Below, piece after piece: positions 1-9,999 of a stretch of DNA of 64,000 nt. This DNA comes from a virus. The position numbers were made by a program, and so were the translations under genes. The stretch is taken from IMG/VR virus record IMGVR_UViG_3300032753_001573, positions 64,001-128,000 of that record; one strand, written 5' to 3'. Positions within the stretch are counted from its first letter, which is position 1; each line of letters begins with the position of its first letter. The notes below the pieces were generated by a model. That model was not told where the DNA came from. It did not search any database and was given only the letters and a program-made list of their open reading frames with translations.

Positions 1-9
1 TTATGGTGT

Positions 10-399
10 TCAGTTCTGAACGTACCAGTTATAATCTACATATACGCCGTTAGTTTGATCTCCGTAGTATTGCATGTGCCAGGGGAATTCGCCACCTTTG
101 AAATCTCTCAGAGTATGATCATTGATTCTGGCTGCATATCCGCTGCTACTGTTTGGATACGTAAAATGTATGTAACCGTCTCCGGGATTGGTATAAACTC
201 CGTTAGTTAATGTTATAACACCAGATACTTTTGGACTAGTTTCTGACCAGGTTCTAACTAGATATTTGTTACTACCAACCTGTTTGATAATATCATACCA
301 TCCAACAGTTCCATTAATATTGCCATATATTAGCAGTACGTTGGTATTTGGTGGAGGCGGTGTTGTGCCTATTGCATTTTTGGTAATTGGCCTTCCCAT
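10..399 (-). CDS. Hypothetical late (probably virion) protein, MGRP- N-terminus
   Basis: 129-aa ORF with AAGGAG SD and an upstream TAAATA late-promoter motif (466-471, minus strand). Confidence 0.6.
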   Translation of the reverse strand: MGRPITKNAIGTTPPPPNTNVLLIYGNINGTVGWYDIIKQVGSNKYLVRTWSETSPKVSGVITLTNGVYTNPGDGYIHFTYPNSSSGYAARINDHTLRDFKGGEFPWHMQYYGDQTNGVYVDYNWYVQN

Positions 400-549
400 T
401 TGTTTACTCCTTTGTTGCCGTTCTAGGGCTACGAGGTTGGGTTCCCCATAACTAATGAACTACAGTATTTATGGACAACTATGCTATCCTTGTAGTCTTG
501 TATAACCGATGTTATAGCGGCATAATATATACAATAGATGGAATGTGCG

Positions 550-1044
550 ATGGCAGAAAGTAAACATAAATTAGACATGTTTGGTAAAGTGCTACCTGCA
601 CTTGATCGGAGAGATCGTAACTTTTATAATAATCTCACTGATGAAGAGAAGAAGGGTTATTCTGCATTGGTCTTGATGAGAGCTATGAGCAGTTTAGGTG
701 ATCAAAATCCTCATGCTGAGTATGAGTTACTTGCAGTAAATGATATTGTAAACATTGGATTTTGGTCTCTCAGTAAACATACAGAACTGCAACATCTCTT
801 GTTGTGTACTGCTGGATTAGGTAGTAAACAATATCATCCTTGGATATCTGCCAAAGGTAAAGTTACCAAAACCAATCTTATTGATCAGTTCTTTATGGAA
901 ATGAACCCAGGAATGAATGAACAAGAACTTGAATTAATGCGGTCTCAACATGATCCTAAGAGTATTAAACGTCTAGCACAGGATGCTGGTAAGAGTGATT
1001 CTGAGATAAAGCGACTTGTTGAAGATGCTAAATCGCTCAAGTAA
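550..1044 (+). CDS. Putative clamp loader small subunit (T4 gp62-like)
   Basis: YSALVLMRAMS...VN...LQ...QYHPWI pattern resembles gp62-family proteins; lies in the replication cluster. Confidence 0.5.
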   Translation: MAESKHKLDMFGKVLPALDRRDRNFYNNLTDEEKKGYSALVLMRAMSSLGDQNPHAEYELLAVNDIVNIGFWSLSKHTELQHLLLCTAGLGSKQYHPWISAKGKVTKTNLIDQFFMEMNPGMNEQELELMRSQHDPKSIKRLAQDAGKSDSEIKRLVEDAKSLK

Positions 1045-1735
1045 TAATAAACCTCATGTATGTGAATTTTGCAATCGAGGATTCGTTGAAGAAATCAACT
1101 TGATTAATCATAGTTGCGAGAAGAAGCGCAGGTGGTTTGGTAGAGACGAGCCTGCATCTAGATTGGCTTTTATGGCATGGGCTAGATTTTATGAACTTAA
1201 CAGTAGGTTAGTCAAGCATGGCGCAAAAAAACGCAGTTTTCGAGAGTTTATGGATAGCAAATACTATACAGCATTTGTGAAGTTTGCTAGACAGATCATA
1301 GACCTCAATGCAATGGAACCTGCTAAGTTTATTGATTATGTTATTAAAAATAACCTACCACTAGATAAATGGACACATGATTCTGTATATGAAGCATATG
1401 TGTCTGAGCTAGTTAAGCATGAAGATCCAGAGTCTGCACTAGCTCGTAATATTGAGTTGATGCAACAATGGAGTCAGCAAAGCGGAGAACCTTGGCAGGA
1501 TTTCTTTCGAAAGGTTAGTCCCATTCAAGCCGCTGCATGGATAAAAAATGGTCGAATTAGTCCTTGGGTGCTATATAATGCTGACAGTGCTGAATCACTG
1601 TTAGATCGTTGTGGTCCAGAACAATTGCAGATCATTCAAACTAGTGCTAAGGTACCGCAATGGAAAATACGCTTTAATAAAAATAAAGAAAGTGCAGATT
1701 GGATACGCAACACGCTACGACAAGCAGGTATATGA
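1025..1735 (+). CDS. Conserved jumbo-phage protein with N-terminal zinc finger
   Basis: CEFC-x12-H-x-C motif; GRISPW motif. Confidence 0.6.
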   Translation: MLNRSSNNKPHVCEFCNRGFVEEINLINHSCEKKRRWFGRDEPASRLAFMAWARFYELNSRLVKHGAKKRSFREFMDSKYYTAFVKFARQIIDLNAMEPAKFIDYVIKNNLPLDKWTHDSVYEAYVSELVKHEDPESALARNIELMQQWSQQSGEPWQDFFRKVSPIQAAAWIKNGRISPWVLYNADSAESLLDRCGPEQLQIIQTSAKVPQWKIRFNKNKESADWIRNTLRQAGI

Positions 1736-1748
1736 TTGGAGATTAAAA

Positions 1749-2051
1749 ATGGCAGATGATATGGATATGTATGATACTGATGAATTTATAGCACCAGAAC
1801 CAAAGACTGTTGAACCAACTTTAACAGCTATAGATAGAGGTATGGTTACTGAGATTGAGATTATGGGTAAACGAATAGAAATTGTAAATCCAAGTTACGT
1901 GAGGGAGTTACAACGTATTATGCTAGATATGAGCAACAAACTTAGAGCAGCTGATAGAAACATCAATACATTGAATTCTAACATCAAGAAGATGAATTCT
2001 CAGATTAATGATCTAAGAGCTCAACTGGCAGGAAAAATTGATCGTGCTTAA
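1749..2051 (+). CDS. Hypothetical coiled-coil protein
   Basis: GGAG SD at 1738-1741; heptad-rich C-terminus. Confidence 0.6.
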   Translation: MADDMDMYDTDEFIAPEPKTVEPTLTAIDRGMVTEIEIMGKRIEIVNPSYVRELQRIMLDMSNKLRAADRNINTLNSNIKKMNSQINDLRAQLAGKIDRA

Positions 2052-2676
2052 ACGAGGAGATATAGATATAGACCTAGCAGATCGAACACGAGCTCTTGCA
2101 GAGCTTCCGCATGTTTCGGCTAGCATTATCAAAGATGGAAAGATTACCAAACACAATACAGGTGTATATTTCCACGCGGTGCCCATCGATCCTGTAACAG
2201 GTCAATGCAGTTGGGATTATGAAGATGCTGACCGCAAGGGCATGTTCAAGATAGACATGCTCAATGTCAGCGTTTATGATATGGTTAGAAATGAACAACA
2301 CCTATTGGATCTTATGGAGAGACCTATAGATTGGACCGTCTTTGAAGATCCAATGTTTGTATCTAAGCTATTTCATCTTGGACATTATGGCAAATTGACT
2401 GCTAAACTGAAACCTCGCAGTATAGAACATATAGCTATGATTTTGGCTTTGATTAGGCCTGGCAAGAAACATCTGCAATCTCGTTGTCTAGAGTACGGTT
2501 TTGATAGTATACGTGATAGCATTTGGACGCACGATTCTGGAGAAGCGTACTCATTTAAGAAGGCCCATGCTGTAAGTTATGCAATGCTTGTTTATGTTCA
2601 TGCGCAAATTCTGGTTGAAAGTTCTGCACAAGATGCTATACTTTTTACTAGTGCTAATTCATCTGGAGCATTTTAA
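2038..2676 (+). CDS. Minimal DNA polymerase III alpha (DnaE, family C) palm/fingers-like protein
   Basis: GDIDID, KHNTGVY, KIDML, IRPG and YSFKKAHAVSYA match DnaE motifs (PDIDxD, HAGG, KxDxL, RPG, YxFNKSHAxxY). Confidence 0.8.
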   Translation: MIVLKRGDIDIDLADRTRALAELPHVSASIIKDGKITKHNTGVYFHAVPIDPVTGQCSWDYEDADRKGMFKIDMLNVSVYDMVRNEQHLLDLMERPIDWTVFEDPMFVSKLFHLGHYGKLTAKLKPRSIEHIAMILALIRPGKKHLQSRCLEYGFDSIRDSIWTHDSGEAYSFKKAHAVSYAMLVYVHAQILVESSAQDAILFTSANSSGAF

Positions 2677-3137
2677 TGCCTACTAAGAAACTGGTTCTCA
2701 ATAGCAAGACTAACATGTTTGGTACCAATCTCAAACTAAGCACTCGAGACGGCTCACATAAATTTTCTGTAGGTAATAATATCAGTTATGATCCTACAAA
2801 GAAACTCAGTAAAAAGCTAGAGACTGGATACCTGTTTAGGAGCCCAAAGTTGGATCCAACTGATCTTTCGGAAATTTGGGACACTGTCGAAGGCTTTGCG
2901 GGTGCTGCGTCGTTGACAGCAGAAATTGATACCAAGAGCAACGAAGTTACTGCCTACATGCGGATCGCCGAAAAGGGCGACGCTGGTATGTTTGCTTACA
3001 CTCATAGCTTGTTTGAAAAGTGGAGCGATGAGAAGACAGCAGAAGCCAAGAAGGACAAGAAGAAGGCTCCCAAGCTTGTTGTTAACAAGGACGGAACTGT
3101 TAAAGTTCGAGTACAAGTAGAATCCCTAGGCAACTAA
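2676..3137 (+). CDS. Hypothetical protein
   Basis: 153-aa ORF coupled to the upstream stop (TAATG). Confidence 0.6.
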   Translation: MPTKKLVLNSKTNMFGTNLKLSTRDGSHKFSVGNNISYDPTKKLSKKLETGYLFRSPKLDPTDLSEIWDTVEGFAGAASLTAEIDTKSNEVTAYMRIAEKGDAGMFAYTHSLFEKWSDEKTAEAKKDKKKAPKLVVNKDGTVKVRVQVESLGN

Positions 3138-3139
3138 TA

Positions 3140-3520
3140 TCAATCAATTGCGCGGACCAAAGTTATGGTCCGCCTTTTAATCCTCTTATTAATCATATCT
3201 TTGAGATTAACTACCGGACCTTGTAAAATTTCAGTGTCCTTTTTGGCAAAAGTCTTTAGGTATTTCCTATAGGGCGAAAATCTGTTTTTTAGAAACATGT
3301 TAATAGGGATTGAGCGGTTGCTCTCCCACCACCATATTTCTCCGCATTCTAAGAAATCTCTTTTCATATCAGCAGTAAAACTGATATCCATTACATATAT
3401 GCTTACAAACAAATTGTCGGCATGCTGTATTATTCCTAAATGTTCTTTGCCTAAATGATTGATTATGGTTAAAAATGGGAATTTTTCTTGTAATAATTTA
3501 TAAGTATCTTTATTTGTCAT
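3140..3520 (-). CDS. Conserved hypothetical jumbo-phage protein
   Basis: WWWESNRSIPIN motif; minus-strand TAAATA motif upstream (~3550). Confidence 0.6.
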   Translation of the reverse strand: MTNKDTYKLLQEKFPFLTIINHLGKEHLGIIQHADNLFVSIYVMDISFTADMKRDFLECGEIWWWESNRSIPINMFLKNRFSPYRKYLKTFAKKDTEILQGPVVNLKDMINKRIKRRTITLVRAID

Positions 3521-3601
3521 TTTGAACTTTGCATGTTATAAAGCTAGGTTATTTAGTAATCTAATTTGCTAAATATCTAATAACTGCATGAAGAAAAGCT
3601 T

Positions 3602-4447
3602 ATGCCACTTGTATACTTATTCAAATTTCCAGAATACATACATCTTGTCAAGGCTGATCCTCTTGCCCCCAACATTAACTGGCCCATGATACAGTATGAT
3701 ACCAAAGTCTTCAAAGGCGTTACGAACAATATTGATTTCGTAGTACGTAACAATGATCGAAAACCAATACAGCTTTTCAACTGTCAATTGGACGCGCAGA
3801 TTCAAAAGGTAAACACTCCTAGCAACAGTATGGATTTCTTACCAGAGCTACAGCTTATAAAACCTGTGATAATAACAGACGATGTTAATGGAAAGGCAAG
3901 ATTGACACTCTTACCTGAGGACATACAGCATTGGGACCCAGGTTACTATCAATATGTAATAAAGATATTAAGTGGTTCTGGACAGTCAGAATACTTGTAT
4001 ACTGATGTAAACAAGAACACTTTTGGTTCATTTGAACTTAAAGAAGGTGTTATAAGTAGTTTAGCCCCTGCTATAGAGATTGACAATTCTCAGTTTACTC
4101 CTACTCCCGTAAATTTATATGATTATACTATATGGGTGTCTGGTGCAGTTCAAGGTGATGCGCAAACAGGACGTGCGAATGGTACACATACTGTAGCTGT
4201 TTATCAAAATAACTTCTTAGGTAAATTTTGGGTACAAGGGAGTTTGAGTAGCGATGCTCCGTTACCAGATGAATGGTTTGAAGTCCCATTAACGCCCACG
4301 TTTAATTATTTTGAATTTACTCAATTCAACAATAATATAGGACCCACTCTCATTAATTTCAGTCTCAATGTCTATTGGCTGCGTTTTGTCTATAGACCAG
4401 ACGTAGCAAATACAGGTACTTTTGGTCGCGTCTTGTATAAGGGCTAA
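3602..4447 (+). CDS. Putative virion structural protein (beta-rich)
   Basis: Late CTAAATA motif at ~3569; beta-strand-rich composition. Confidence 0.5.
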   Translation: MPLVYLFKFPEYIHLVKADPLAPNINWPMIQYDTKVFKGVTNNIDFVVRNNDRKPIQLFNCQLDAQIQKVNTPSNSMDFLPELQLIKPVIITDDVNGKARLTLLPEDIQHWDPGYYQYVIKILSGSGQSEYLYTDVNKNTFGSFELKEGVISSLAPAIEIDNSQFTPTPVNLYDYTIWVSGAVQGDAQTGRANGTHTVAVYQNNFLGKFWVQGSLSSDAPLPDEWFEVPLTPTFNYFEFTQFNNNIGPTLINFSLNVYWLRFVYRPDVANTGTFGRVLYKG

Positions 4448-4467
4448 GCTGCCATTATACTATCTAT

Positions 4468-5490
4468 ATGTCGTTGATACATGATGTGATAGCAAGACAC
4501 ATACCTGTAAAGCATCGAAACAGCAATAGAGGCTGGAGGATGTTCAATGCACCGTGCTGTCATCATAGAGGACATAGACCAGATACTAGGATGCGTGGTA
4601 ACATGCTGTTTGCATCTAATGGTGCTATAGCTTACAACTGTTACAACTGTGGTTTAAAGACTAAATTTGATGGTAGAAACCTAAGTAGGAATTTTGAAAA
4701 TTTAATGGTCTGGTTAGGTATACCAGATGACGATGTTAAAAATATCAAGTTAGAACTACTGCAACATCAACTGGATGGCACTAACAATCCCGTTGCGGTT
4801 CAAGATATACGATTTACAACAGACTTTGACGAAGTTGACCTTCCTGAAAATTCAATAGCATTTGATCACATTGCAGTTGAAGATGCAATACCTGAACAAT
4901 TTGTATCAGTGCTATCTTATTTGAATTCTAGAGGTGATGCTATATTGAATGGATGGGATTACTATTGGAGCCCTAGTACCAAATTGGATCTAAACAATCG
5001 AGTAATTATACCATTTTACCATTTTGATAAGATAGTAGGTTGGACAGCCAGATATGCCGGTAGTCCGCCTCACGGAACACCTAGATATTATAACAGTCAA
5101 TTACAACCTGGATATTTGTTCAATTGTGATGTACTAAACGATCGCAATAGGAAATTTGTTTTGGTTGCAGAAGGCCCATTTGATGCTATAGCTCTGTCTG
5201 GTATAGGTACGCTGGGAAGCGAATTGAGTAAGGAACAGATAGCTTGGTTGAATAGCACAGACGCTGAAAAGATAATAGTTCCAGATAGGCAGTTGAAGAA
5301 TCAAGGATTGATTGATGCTGCATTAGACCAAGGATGGTGTGTTAGCTTTCCAGAATGGGAAGATGATGTTAAGGATGCGGCACAGGCATCTCAGAGGTAT
5401 GGCAAGCTATATACTATACGCAGTGCAATAGCTAGCCGAACCAATAGTTCGTTAAAGATAGGTATAAAGAGGAAGATGTTTAGATCATGA
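4468..5490 (+). CDS. DNA primase (T4 gp61-like)
   Basis: Zn-binding CCHH/CYNC region, RVIIPF, TOPRIM EGPFDA and acidic motifs; adjacent to helicase. Confidence 0.88.
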   Translation: MSLIHDVIARHIPVKHRNSNRGWRMFNAPCCHHRGHRPDTRMRGNMLFASNGAIAYNCYNCGLKTKFDGRNLSRNFENLMVWLGIPDDDVKNIKLELLQHQLDGTNNPVAVQDIRFTTDFDEVDLPENSIAFDHIAVEDAIPEQFVSVLSYLNSRGDAILNGWDYYWSPSTKLDLNNRVIIPFYHFDKIVGWTARYAGSPPHGTPRYYNSQLQPGYLFNCDVLNDRNRKFVLVAEGPFDAIALSGIGTLGSELSKEQIAWLNSTDAEKIIVPDRQLKNQGLIDAALDQGWCVSFPEWEDDVKDAAQASQRYGKLYTIRSAIASRTNSSLKIGIKRKMFRS

Positions 5491-5936
5491 AAATAGCTCT
5501 AGCAACTGGTGGGTTTGATCCGCCTCATAGTGGACACATTGACTATCTAAAAGCTGCTGCTACTCTAGGTGATAGATTGGTAGTAGGTATCAATTCAGAT
5601 TCTTGGTTGATACGCAAGAAAGGGCAACCTTTTATGCCTGCGCGCGATAGATTGGCAATCATACAGAATCTCAAGATGGTATCGGAAGTAATTGCATTTG
5701 ATGATCGAGATGGTTCTGGATCAGACGCAATAGCAAAGTTGCTATCGTTGTATCCAAACGATCAGATATTATTCTGCAATGGCGGCGATAGGCTTCCTTA
5801 CAATACAAGTGAGATGCGAGTGTTTGAAAATGATCCTCGAGTAAGATTTGAATGGGGTGTAGGCGGATTTGATAAGACAAATAGTAGTTCAAAGTTGTTG
5901 GACGATTGGGTTACCTATATGAATAATCGTACATAA
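5487..5936 (+). CDS. Cytidylyl/adenylyltransferase (RfaE C-terminal / TagD-like, HIGH superfamily)
   Basis: GGFDPPHSGH, VVGINSD, NGGDR, KTNSSS motifs. Confidence 0.88.
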   Translation: MKIALATGGFDPPHSGHIDYLKAAATLGDRLVVGINSDSWLIRKKGQPFMPARDRLAIIQNLKMVSEVIAFDDRDGSGSDAIAKLLSLYPNDQILFCNGGDRLPYNTSEMRVFENDPRVRFEWGVGGFDKTNSSSKLLDDWVTYMNNRT

Positions 5937-5974
5937 GAATTATAATTAAGATATAGCATTAGGAAAGACGGTCA

Positions 5975-7384
5975 ATGGCTCAAGAAGAACAAGATTATAC
6001 TAATGATTATGGTGAAGACAAGCAGAAGCTGTTGATAGATGTAATGCTCAGCAGCGAAGAGATATTCTCTCGATGCCAGAACATCATAAATCCAAAGTAT
6101 TTTGTCAACAAGTTTAGGCCTGCGGTTAGATTTATAATCAAGTACTCTAATGAATTTAGAGTACTTCCTAAAATTGAACATGTTAATGCCGAAACCGGTA
6201 TAAATTTTGTTAGAATTGATAATATATCTGTACAACATCAAGATAGCTTTCTCAAGGAGATAGAGGGATTCTGTAAGAATAAAGCTCTAGCATTAGCTGT
6301 TACTGATAGTGTTGAATTGATTGAGCATGGCAATTATGGAGAAGTAGAGAAGAGAGTTCGAGAAGCTATACTGATCAGTTTACAGAGTGATCTTGGTACA
6401 AACTACTTTGAAGATCCTCGTGCTCGATTGATGAAGATAAAGAGCAAGAACGGTCAGATGACTACTGGTTGGAAAACAGTTGATGATAAACTACATGGTG
6501 GTATCAATAGAGGCGAGATCACAATTTGGTGTGCAGGGTCAGGTGTTGGTAAATCATTGTTCCTGCAGAATCAAAGTTTGAACATGGTCAAGCAAGGGCT
6601 TAATGTTGTTTACATAACTCTTGAGCTTAGTGAAGAACTAACTAGCATGCGAATGGATAGTATGCTAACTGATGTTGGAACTAAAGAAATATTCCGTAAT
6701 CTTGATACAGTTGAGATTAAGGTCAAGCAAGCAGGATTTAAGAGTGGATTGCTGCACGTTAGGCAGTTACCGCAGGGCAGCAATTGCAATGACATCAAGG
6801 CATATCTAAAAAATTATGAAATTGAAACACAGAAGAGACCAGATGTATTGGTAGTTGACTATTTGGATTTGTTGTTTCCTAACAACAAGAAGATTAATCC
6901 TAGTGATCTGTTTATCAAAGATAAGTTTGTAACTGAAGAGCTACGCGGTCTAGCTGTTGAACGCAATATGGTATGTTTGACAGCATCTCAGTTAAACAGG
7001 TCTAGCGTAACTGAGCAGGAACATGATCAAAGCATGATCGCGGGCGGTATTTCAAAGATTCAAACTGCGGATAATGTGATATCTATTTTTGCTAGTGCGG
7101 CTATGAAGGAGCGCGGTCAATATCAGGTACAGTTTTTGAAGACACGTTCAAGTAGCGGTGTTGGTAGCAAAGTATATCTTGGGTTTGATCCTAATACTTT
7201 GCGTATATTTGACTTGGATGAGGATGCTGCTGCACTAGCTAGCAGCACCAACGGAGCCGATGTGTTTAATGAGCTTAGGAGAAAGAATACTGCGGCTACC
7301 AAGAAAGAAACTCAAACTCCTCCTCCGTCACCAATGGCTAGTGCAAAAGATCTAGAGAGTTTGAGAAGCCTTATTCGCAGGTGA
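5975..7384 (+). CDS. Replicative DNA helicase (T4 gp41/DnaB-like)
   Basis: Walker A AGSGVGKS, ITLELSE, Walker B VVDYLD, TASQLNR, KTR. Confidence 0.93.
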   Translation: MAQEEQDYTNDYGEDKQKLLIDVMLSSEEIFSRCQNIINPKYFVNKFRPAVRFIIKYSNEFRVLPKIEHVNAETGINFVRIDNISVQHQDSFLKEIEGFCKNKALALAVTDSVELIEHGNYGEVEKRVREAILISLQSDLGTNYFEDPRARLMKIKSKNGQMTTGWKTVDDKLHGGINRGEITIWCAGSGVGKSLFLQNQSLNMVKQGLNVVYITLELSEELTSMRMDSMLTDVGTKEIFRNLDTVEIKVKQAGFKSGLLHVRQLPQGSNCNDIKAYLKNYEIETQKRPDVLVVDYLDLLFPNNKKINPSDLFIKDKFVTEELRGLAVERNMVCLTASQLNRSSVTEQEHDQSMIAGGISKIQTADNVISIFASAAMKERGQYQVQFLKTRSSSGVGSKVYLGFDPNTLRIFDLDEDAAALASSTNGADVFNELRRKNTAATKKETQTPPPSPMASAKDLESLRSLIRR

Positions 7385-7774
7385 TTAGCTAGCCTTATGT
7401 ATACGTCGTAGCTGACTCAGAACCTTGCTGGTTGTGCTAGCATCTGCAGCCAATAGTCTATTAAATGCAATAGCTAGTTCTTTGAGCTGTGCAGTATTAG
7501 ATGGCAACTTACCGGCACGAAGATTATTAAATGCGGCTGCAAATAGTGCAGTGTTCTCAATTCCTAAAAGTTGAGCTAAACTTTTAATTTGTATAGATCC
7601 GGTTAGCTTTTCTGGTTTCTTTTCATGTGTCATAAGATCTGTTACAGTCTTATCGGCTTCGATATCAGCAGCATCATTTTGATCAACTTCTGGTTCTACA
7701 GCATCAGCTTCGACAATTGTATCTAACTGATTAGCTATTTTTCTGATATCTTCTGCTAAAAATTTATCACTCAT
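7385..7774 (-). CDS. Hypothetical late protein (start at MSDKF)
   Basis: GGAG SD and minus-strand TAAATA motif at ~7804; the longer ORF-track start overlaps the opposite gene. Confidence 0.6.
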   Translation of the reverse strand: MSDKFLAEDIRKIANQLDTIVEADAVEPEVDQNDAADIEADKTVTDLMTHEKKPEKLTGSIQIKSLAQLLGIENTALFAAAFNNLRAGKLPSNTAQLKELAIAFNRLLAADASTTSKVLSQLRRIHKAS

Positions 7775-7862
7775 AATTATATGCTCCAATATGTAGTACT
7801 GGTATTTATCAATTCCAAATGATCGCGCTAAATATCTAACATAATTGCGGACAGGATATATC

Positions 7863-8108
7863 GTGGCTAATATTAAAAACTTTATAGATGAACTTGACAA
7901 AGCTGTTCCAAATAAGAACAAGCACAATGTTATAGAAAGTCGAGCATCACATATTATTGCTAGTGCAGTTAATCTAGTGCATTTGATCAAAGAAAGTTAT
8001 CCAGAAGCAGAGGCTACTGATCTAGTAAAGAGATTGTATCGTAGCATTATGACAGAAGACGAAAGAAAGTTTTCTAGGAAGATAAGAGAACTAAGGAATC
8101 AAAAATGA
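7863..8108 (+). CDS. Conserved hypothetical protein
   Basis: GTG start after AGGA SD, CTAAATA upstream; IESRA..II.SA.NL pattern. Confidence 0.6.
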   Translation: MANIKNFIDELDKAVPNKNKHNVIESRASHIIASAVNLVHLIKESYPEAEATDLVKRLYRSIMTEDERKFSRKIRELRNQK

Positions 8109-8908
8109 GGGCTAGCGAATTCGTAACAGAAATGACTCTTAATGAGATTACTCTTGCAAATATTTCAAATTGGTTTCAAAAATATGCTCAGTCTCGTGCT
8201 ATAAATGCAGGCGAAAAAGAAGTTAGAAATTATACAAATGGTGTAATGATGAACTTTGCTCGGTTTATTGGACGATATAAATTAGATTGGCGAAATGTTA
8301 CATTGTACGTTATGTATACATTCTTACGTTTACAAATGAAATTATCTGACAGTTATATATTACGTATAGTAAATTCAATAATGAAAGATATAGGGGCTAA
8401 CGCTTTAACTATAGAGCAGATAAAAGATAAGAATAATGATACCCTAATAGCTAATTTAAAAAAGGTAGGTAATATTCCTTCACAATATGCACAAATAATA
8501 AGTGAAAAAATAATAGCAGCGGCTGTACTGCAAAAGCTCGAATTAGAATGGCATAGTCAAGCAAATGTTGCCAAAGATGATGAAGATGATTCAACACAAG
8601 ACCAAAAGGTTACAGCGCAAGCTCCTAAATCTAAAGAACCAATAGTAGTTAATGGTGAAAAGATTATGCCAGAGGATGAAAGATATGCGCCGATAGCTGC
8701 TGCACTTGCTAAACAGGGCATAGCTGAAGATTATGAAAATCTCAAAGAAACAGCTACAGGCGGTGCCACTGCATCAGGAAGTGTAGCTAGCATAGCTAAT
8801 CCAATGGGCGGAGTAATAAGCAGGACACCAAATCTTTTTGGTTATATACCGGCTAGCGAACCTGATACTCAAAAGAAACGCAAGAACAAACGCAAGAACG
8901 CACGTTAA
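8105..8908 (+). CDS. Putative internal head protein
   Basis: MRASEFVTE start resembles the T4 capsid-targeting sequence; LKE-TATGGATASGSVA motif. Confidence 0.5.
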   Translation: MRASEFVTEMTLNEITLANISNWFQKYAQSRAINAGEKEVRNYTNGVMMNFARFIGRYKLDWRNVTLYVMYTFLRLQMKLSDSYILRIVNSIMKDIGANALTIEQIKDKNNDTLIANLKKVGNIPSQYAQIISEKIIAAAVLQKLELEWHSQANVAKDDEDDSTQDQKVTAQAPKSKEPIVVNGEKIMPEDERYAPIAAALAKQGIAEDYENLKETATGGATASGSVASIANPMGGVISRTPNLFGYIPASEPDTQKKRKNKRKNAR

Positions 8909-8966
8909 CAATGCGATCGATATAAATAATCATGCAAAGAATTTTGCATATTAAAGGAGAAAAAAT

Positions 8967-9746
8967 ATGACAGATCTAGTCAATGGAGCAGTGCATGCCG
9001 GTGAGTTCCTCTCTGGTAAGATGGACTTCTTCAGTTTTGCTACAACTGTACCAGTTGGTCAGACCAATGTAGAAACACCTGTAGTTGATCTACCAGGATA
9101 TCAGACTTACCAGACACTTGGTGTTTGGTCAACTGTAACCGTTACCGACGCTTTTGGTAATGCAACATCATATAGCACACTCAACAGCTATCTAGATGCA
9201 TTCTATCAGCAGCTGAACCTCAACAATCTAATTGCATTGTTTGCCACCCGTGCAAACCCAGTTGCAGTTAGCGTGAAGACTTTCCCAGCTTCTGTAAACG
9301 GTTCTGCAGTTAATCCACACAGCAGCGCAATCTTCGCTGACATGGGTTATGCAAACAGCGTTGGTGCAACAGTGTTTGGTAGCTCATACAATAGCACCAG
9401 CGACGTTGTTTATGTTGTTAACATAGCAACTGAAAAGACCCTATTGTGGACAGCTAACGGTAATGGTAACTTCGCAGGTACTGCTGCTGACAACACCAAC
9501 ACCAATGGTTACAACGTACTCAGCAACAATGTTACATATGGTGGTCTTGATGGGCGTATAGCTTATGACATGCAGGATGCACAGGTAATTGGCGGTTCAC
9601 AGAGCTTCTCTGGTGCATCAACCAATTTCTACACACTGAAGAACACTGTTGCTCCATTCGTAAGCGCATGGAATGCAAGCAGCACATCTGCATGCAACGT
9701 GTTGGCTGCACAGAACCTCTATCTAGGCGGTTCACTGCTCGCTTAA
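8967..9746 (+). CDS. Putative abundant virion structural protein
   Basis: TATAAATA late promoter (~8921), AAGGAG SD, biased codon usage, strong terminator downstream. Confidence 0.6.
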   Translation: MTDLVNGAVHAGEFLSGKMDFFSFATTVPVGQTNVETPVVDLPGYQTYQTLGVWSTVTVTDAFGNATSYSTLNSYLDAFYQQLNLNNLIALFATRANPVAVSVKTFPASVNGSAVNPHSSAIFADMGYANSVGATVFGSSYNSTSDVVYVVNIATEKTLLWTANGNGNFAGTAADNTNTNGYNVLSNNVTYGGLDGRIAYDMQDAQVIGGSQSFSGASTNFYTLKNTVAPFVSAWNASSTSACNVLAAQNLYLGGSLLA

Positions 9747-9774
9747 TAACTAAGGTTATTAAACTAGTTAAATT

Positions 9775-9800
9775 CAAAGGGTGCCGAAAGGCACCCTTTG
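9775..9800 (+). terminator. Intrinsic terminator
   Basis: CAAAGGGTGCC-GAAA-GGCACCCTTTG perfect stem. Confidence 0.8.
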
Positions 9801-9828
9801 TCTTATCTAAATGGCTAAATATCAAACC

Positions 9829-9999
9829 ATGAACAATAAATCAACAGCACTAGATAACGTTTTTGATGAAGCAATACAAGTCAAGACACAGTTTGTGAGA
9901 CAAGACGGTAAGCTTAAAATGGTACGTCGCAAAGTTAAGAATCAAGAAATTAAACCTGCTAAGAAGCAGTTGTTCCCCATCAGTAAGGAAAGACAATGA
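9829..9999 (+). CDS. Small basic hypothetical protein
   Basis: ORF after CTAAATA late motif; stop overlaps the next ATG. Confidence 0.5.
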   Translation: MNNKSTALDNVFDEAIQVKTQFVRQDGKLKMVRRKVKNQEIKPAKKQLFPISKERQ

